Source: Acidimicrobiales bacterium
Lineage (GTDB): Bacteria; Actinomycetota; Acidimicrobiia; Acidimicrobiales; SZUA-35
Assembly: GCA_050330635.1 (NCBI GenBank)
Contig: JBHJNQ010000057.1
Location: forward strand, 42,570-106,569
DNA length: 64,000 nt
Direction: 5' to 3'
The notes below the pieces were generated by a model. The model was given only the letters and a program-made list of their open reading frames with translations, was not told where the DNA came from and made no database searches. This document shows, piece after piece, positions 63,261 to 64,000 of the stretch. Both the position numbers and the translations under genes were made by a program. Positions within the stretch are counted from its first letter, which is position 1. Every line of letters begins with the position of its first letter.

Positions 63261-63288
63261 TGTCTCGGATGCGGTGTCTCGGATGTGG
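63261..63288. repeat. Perfectly adjacent 14-bp tandem duplication
   Basis: TGTCTCGGATGCGG (63261-63274) is followed by TGTCTCGGATGTGG (63275-63288). A second imperfect direct repeat follows at 63298-63326 (GCTGATCAACAG / GCTGATCGACAACAG). Confidence 0.6.
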
Positions 63289-63393
63289 ACGCGGGCTAGC
63301 TGATCAACAGCGCTGATCGACAACAGGGCTGGCGGCGAATCGCCAACGACAGGTGATAGCCGCCTGAATGAGTTCTTGGCGGGAACCAGGAAG

Positions 63394-63437
63394 AACGGGC
63401 CCCGGTCGGAAGCATCGCTTACCGGCCGGGGCCCGTT
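63394..63437. other. Strong GC hairpin (12 bp perfect stem, extendable to 16 with one G-U)
   Basis: AACGGGCCCCGG (63394-63405) pairs with CCGGGGCCCGTT (63426-63437). The loop is about 12 nt after the inner TCGG/CCGG pairs. No clean U-tract lies on either side. Confidence 0.5.
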
Positions 63438-63466
63438 GGTATCCGGTGGCGTGAGATGCTGCGGCC

Positions 63467-63582
63467 ATGAAGATCGGCATCAACCTCGACCGACGGAGGT
63501 CGGCTGATCTTCGGCGTCGGTGTCGGATGGGCGGCGCAGGAGTTCGCCGCCCTCGGCGTCCCGTTCGAGCGACGCGGCGCGC
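63467..63582 (+). pseudogene. Luciferase-like monooxygenase relic (N-terminus joined to a mid-domain piece, with a frameshift)
   Basis: MKIGINLD (63467-63490) is followed, in the +1 frame from 63495, by GGRLIFGVGVGWAAQEFAALGVPFERRGA. About 100 aa that normally separate these segments are missing. Confidence 0.5.
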
Positions 63583-63592
63583 CGGCGCCCGA

Positions 63593-63970
63593 TCACGCCT
63601 GGCGGCGTCGGATCCGGAGCTCGAAACCGGTTGCCGCTCCCGCCTCGGTCAGCGGCGCGCTGGTGTGACGTCGTGACTCCCACACCCAGGCCTCGATCTC
63701 GTCGAGCAACTCGTGCACCGCGAGTGCCTCGTTGAGGCGCTTGCGGGCGAACACGGCGTCGCTCGACGAGGCGAAGGCCACGTCGATCCCGGTATCCACG
63801 TGAGGCTCGGGGCCGAGCGTCGCCGCCAGCCGCAGCGCCTCGTCGACGGCGGTGGCGGTGGCCTCGTTCAACTGCCGGGCCTGGGCGTACTCTCTTCCTG
63901 ACCGGTCGCGTGCTCGCACCCTCCGAGCGTACGGCCACGACGGCCATGGTGGGGCCGCAGTCGATCGCAA
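63593..63970 (-). CDS. Hypothetical protein; the start is unclear, possibly frameshifted or running towards the window edge
   Basis: The C-terminal ~95 aa look coding (EYAQARQLNEATATAVDEALRLAATLGPEPHVDTGIDVAF..LLDEIEAWVWESRRH). A different frame upstream reads VADVGTAVAIDCGPTMAVVAVRSEG. No family was recognised. Confidence 0.3.
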   Translation of the reverse strand: MRSTAAPPWPSWPYARRVRARDRSGREYAQARQLNEATATAVDEALRLAATLGPEPHVDTGIDVAFASSSDAVFARKRLNEALAVHELLDEIEAWVWESRRHTSAPLTEAGAATGFELRIRRRQA

Positions 63971-64000
63971 CGGCCGTCCCGACGTCGGCCACGGGGGCCC

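Noticed and set aside
63394-63437. The hairpin considered as a tRNA, part of a tmRNA, or a canonical intrinsic terminator
   Set aside because: A single long stem does not fit a cloverleaf, and no conserved T-loop (GTTCGAATC-like) is present. There is no U-tract on either strand, so I report it only as a hairpin.

Overview
This is a GC-rich segment with strong GC3 bias and dense coding, of actinobacterial type. I recognised no rRNA, tRNA, CRISPR array, transposase or integrase. Many long R/P/G-rich ORFs in the track are shadow frames of real genes. Several real genes start at internal ATG or GTG codons, and the track prints GTG/TTG starts as M.

**Layout**
- **1-17.7 kb:** a cell-envelope glycan locus. 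It holds a GT2-membrane fusion, rmd-gmd, a cytidylyltransferase, three GT4 enzymes, UDP-xylose synthase, ugd and an LCP ligase. It is interrupted by cofD-cofE (F420 biosynthesis) and a Ski2-like helicase.
- **17.8-35.5 kb:** housekeeping and CoA metabolism. This includes two acyl-CoA dehydrogenases, an enoyl-CoA hydratase, a PAS-PP2C phosphatase, a DtxR-family regulator, a thiolase/DUF35 pair and a secreted coiled-coil VanY-type peptidase.
- **35.6-47.6 kb:** two inverted, paralogous, tandem-fused family III CoA-transferases bracket an MFS transporter and a DevR/DosR-like island. The island holds a NarL-type regulator, a PAS-HisKA_3 kinase, a PPOX protein, a USP-PPOX fusion and an unknown protein. 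Its divergent promoter carries a 30-bp tandem repeat that creates three phased DosR-box-like palindromes.
- **47.6-64 kb:** CoA and organic-acid catabolism. This includes an LvaAB-like kinase module, a Ddn-like F420 enzyme, a MaoC-like protein, an acyl-CoA ligase, a translationally coupled tcuA-prpF-prpB-like operon and a cyclase.

**Main global observation:** at least ten gene relics lie between intact, tightly coupled genes. They include internally deleted, truncated and frameshifted genes, among them an oxygenase that has lost exactly its Rieske-cluster segment.

All functional calls rest on my own reading of motifs in the translations. No database search was run.
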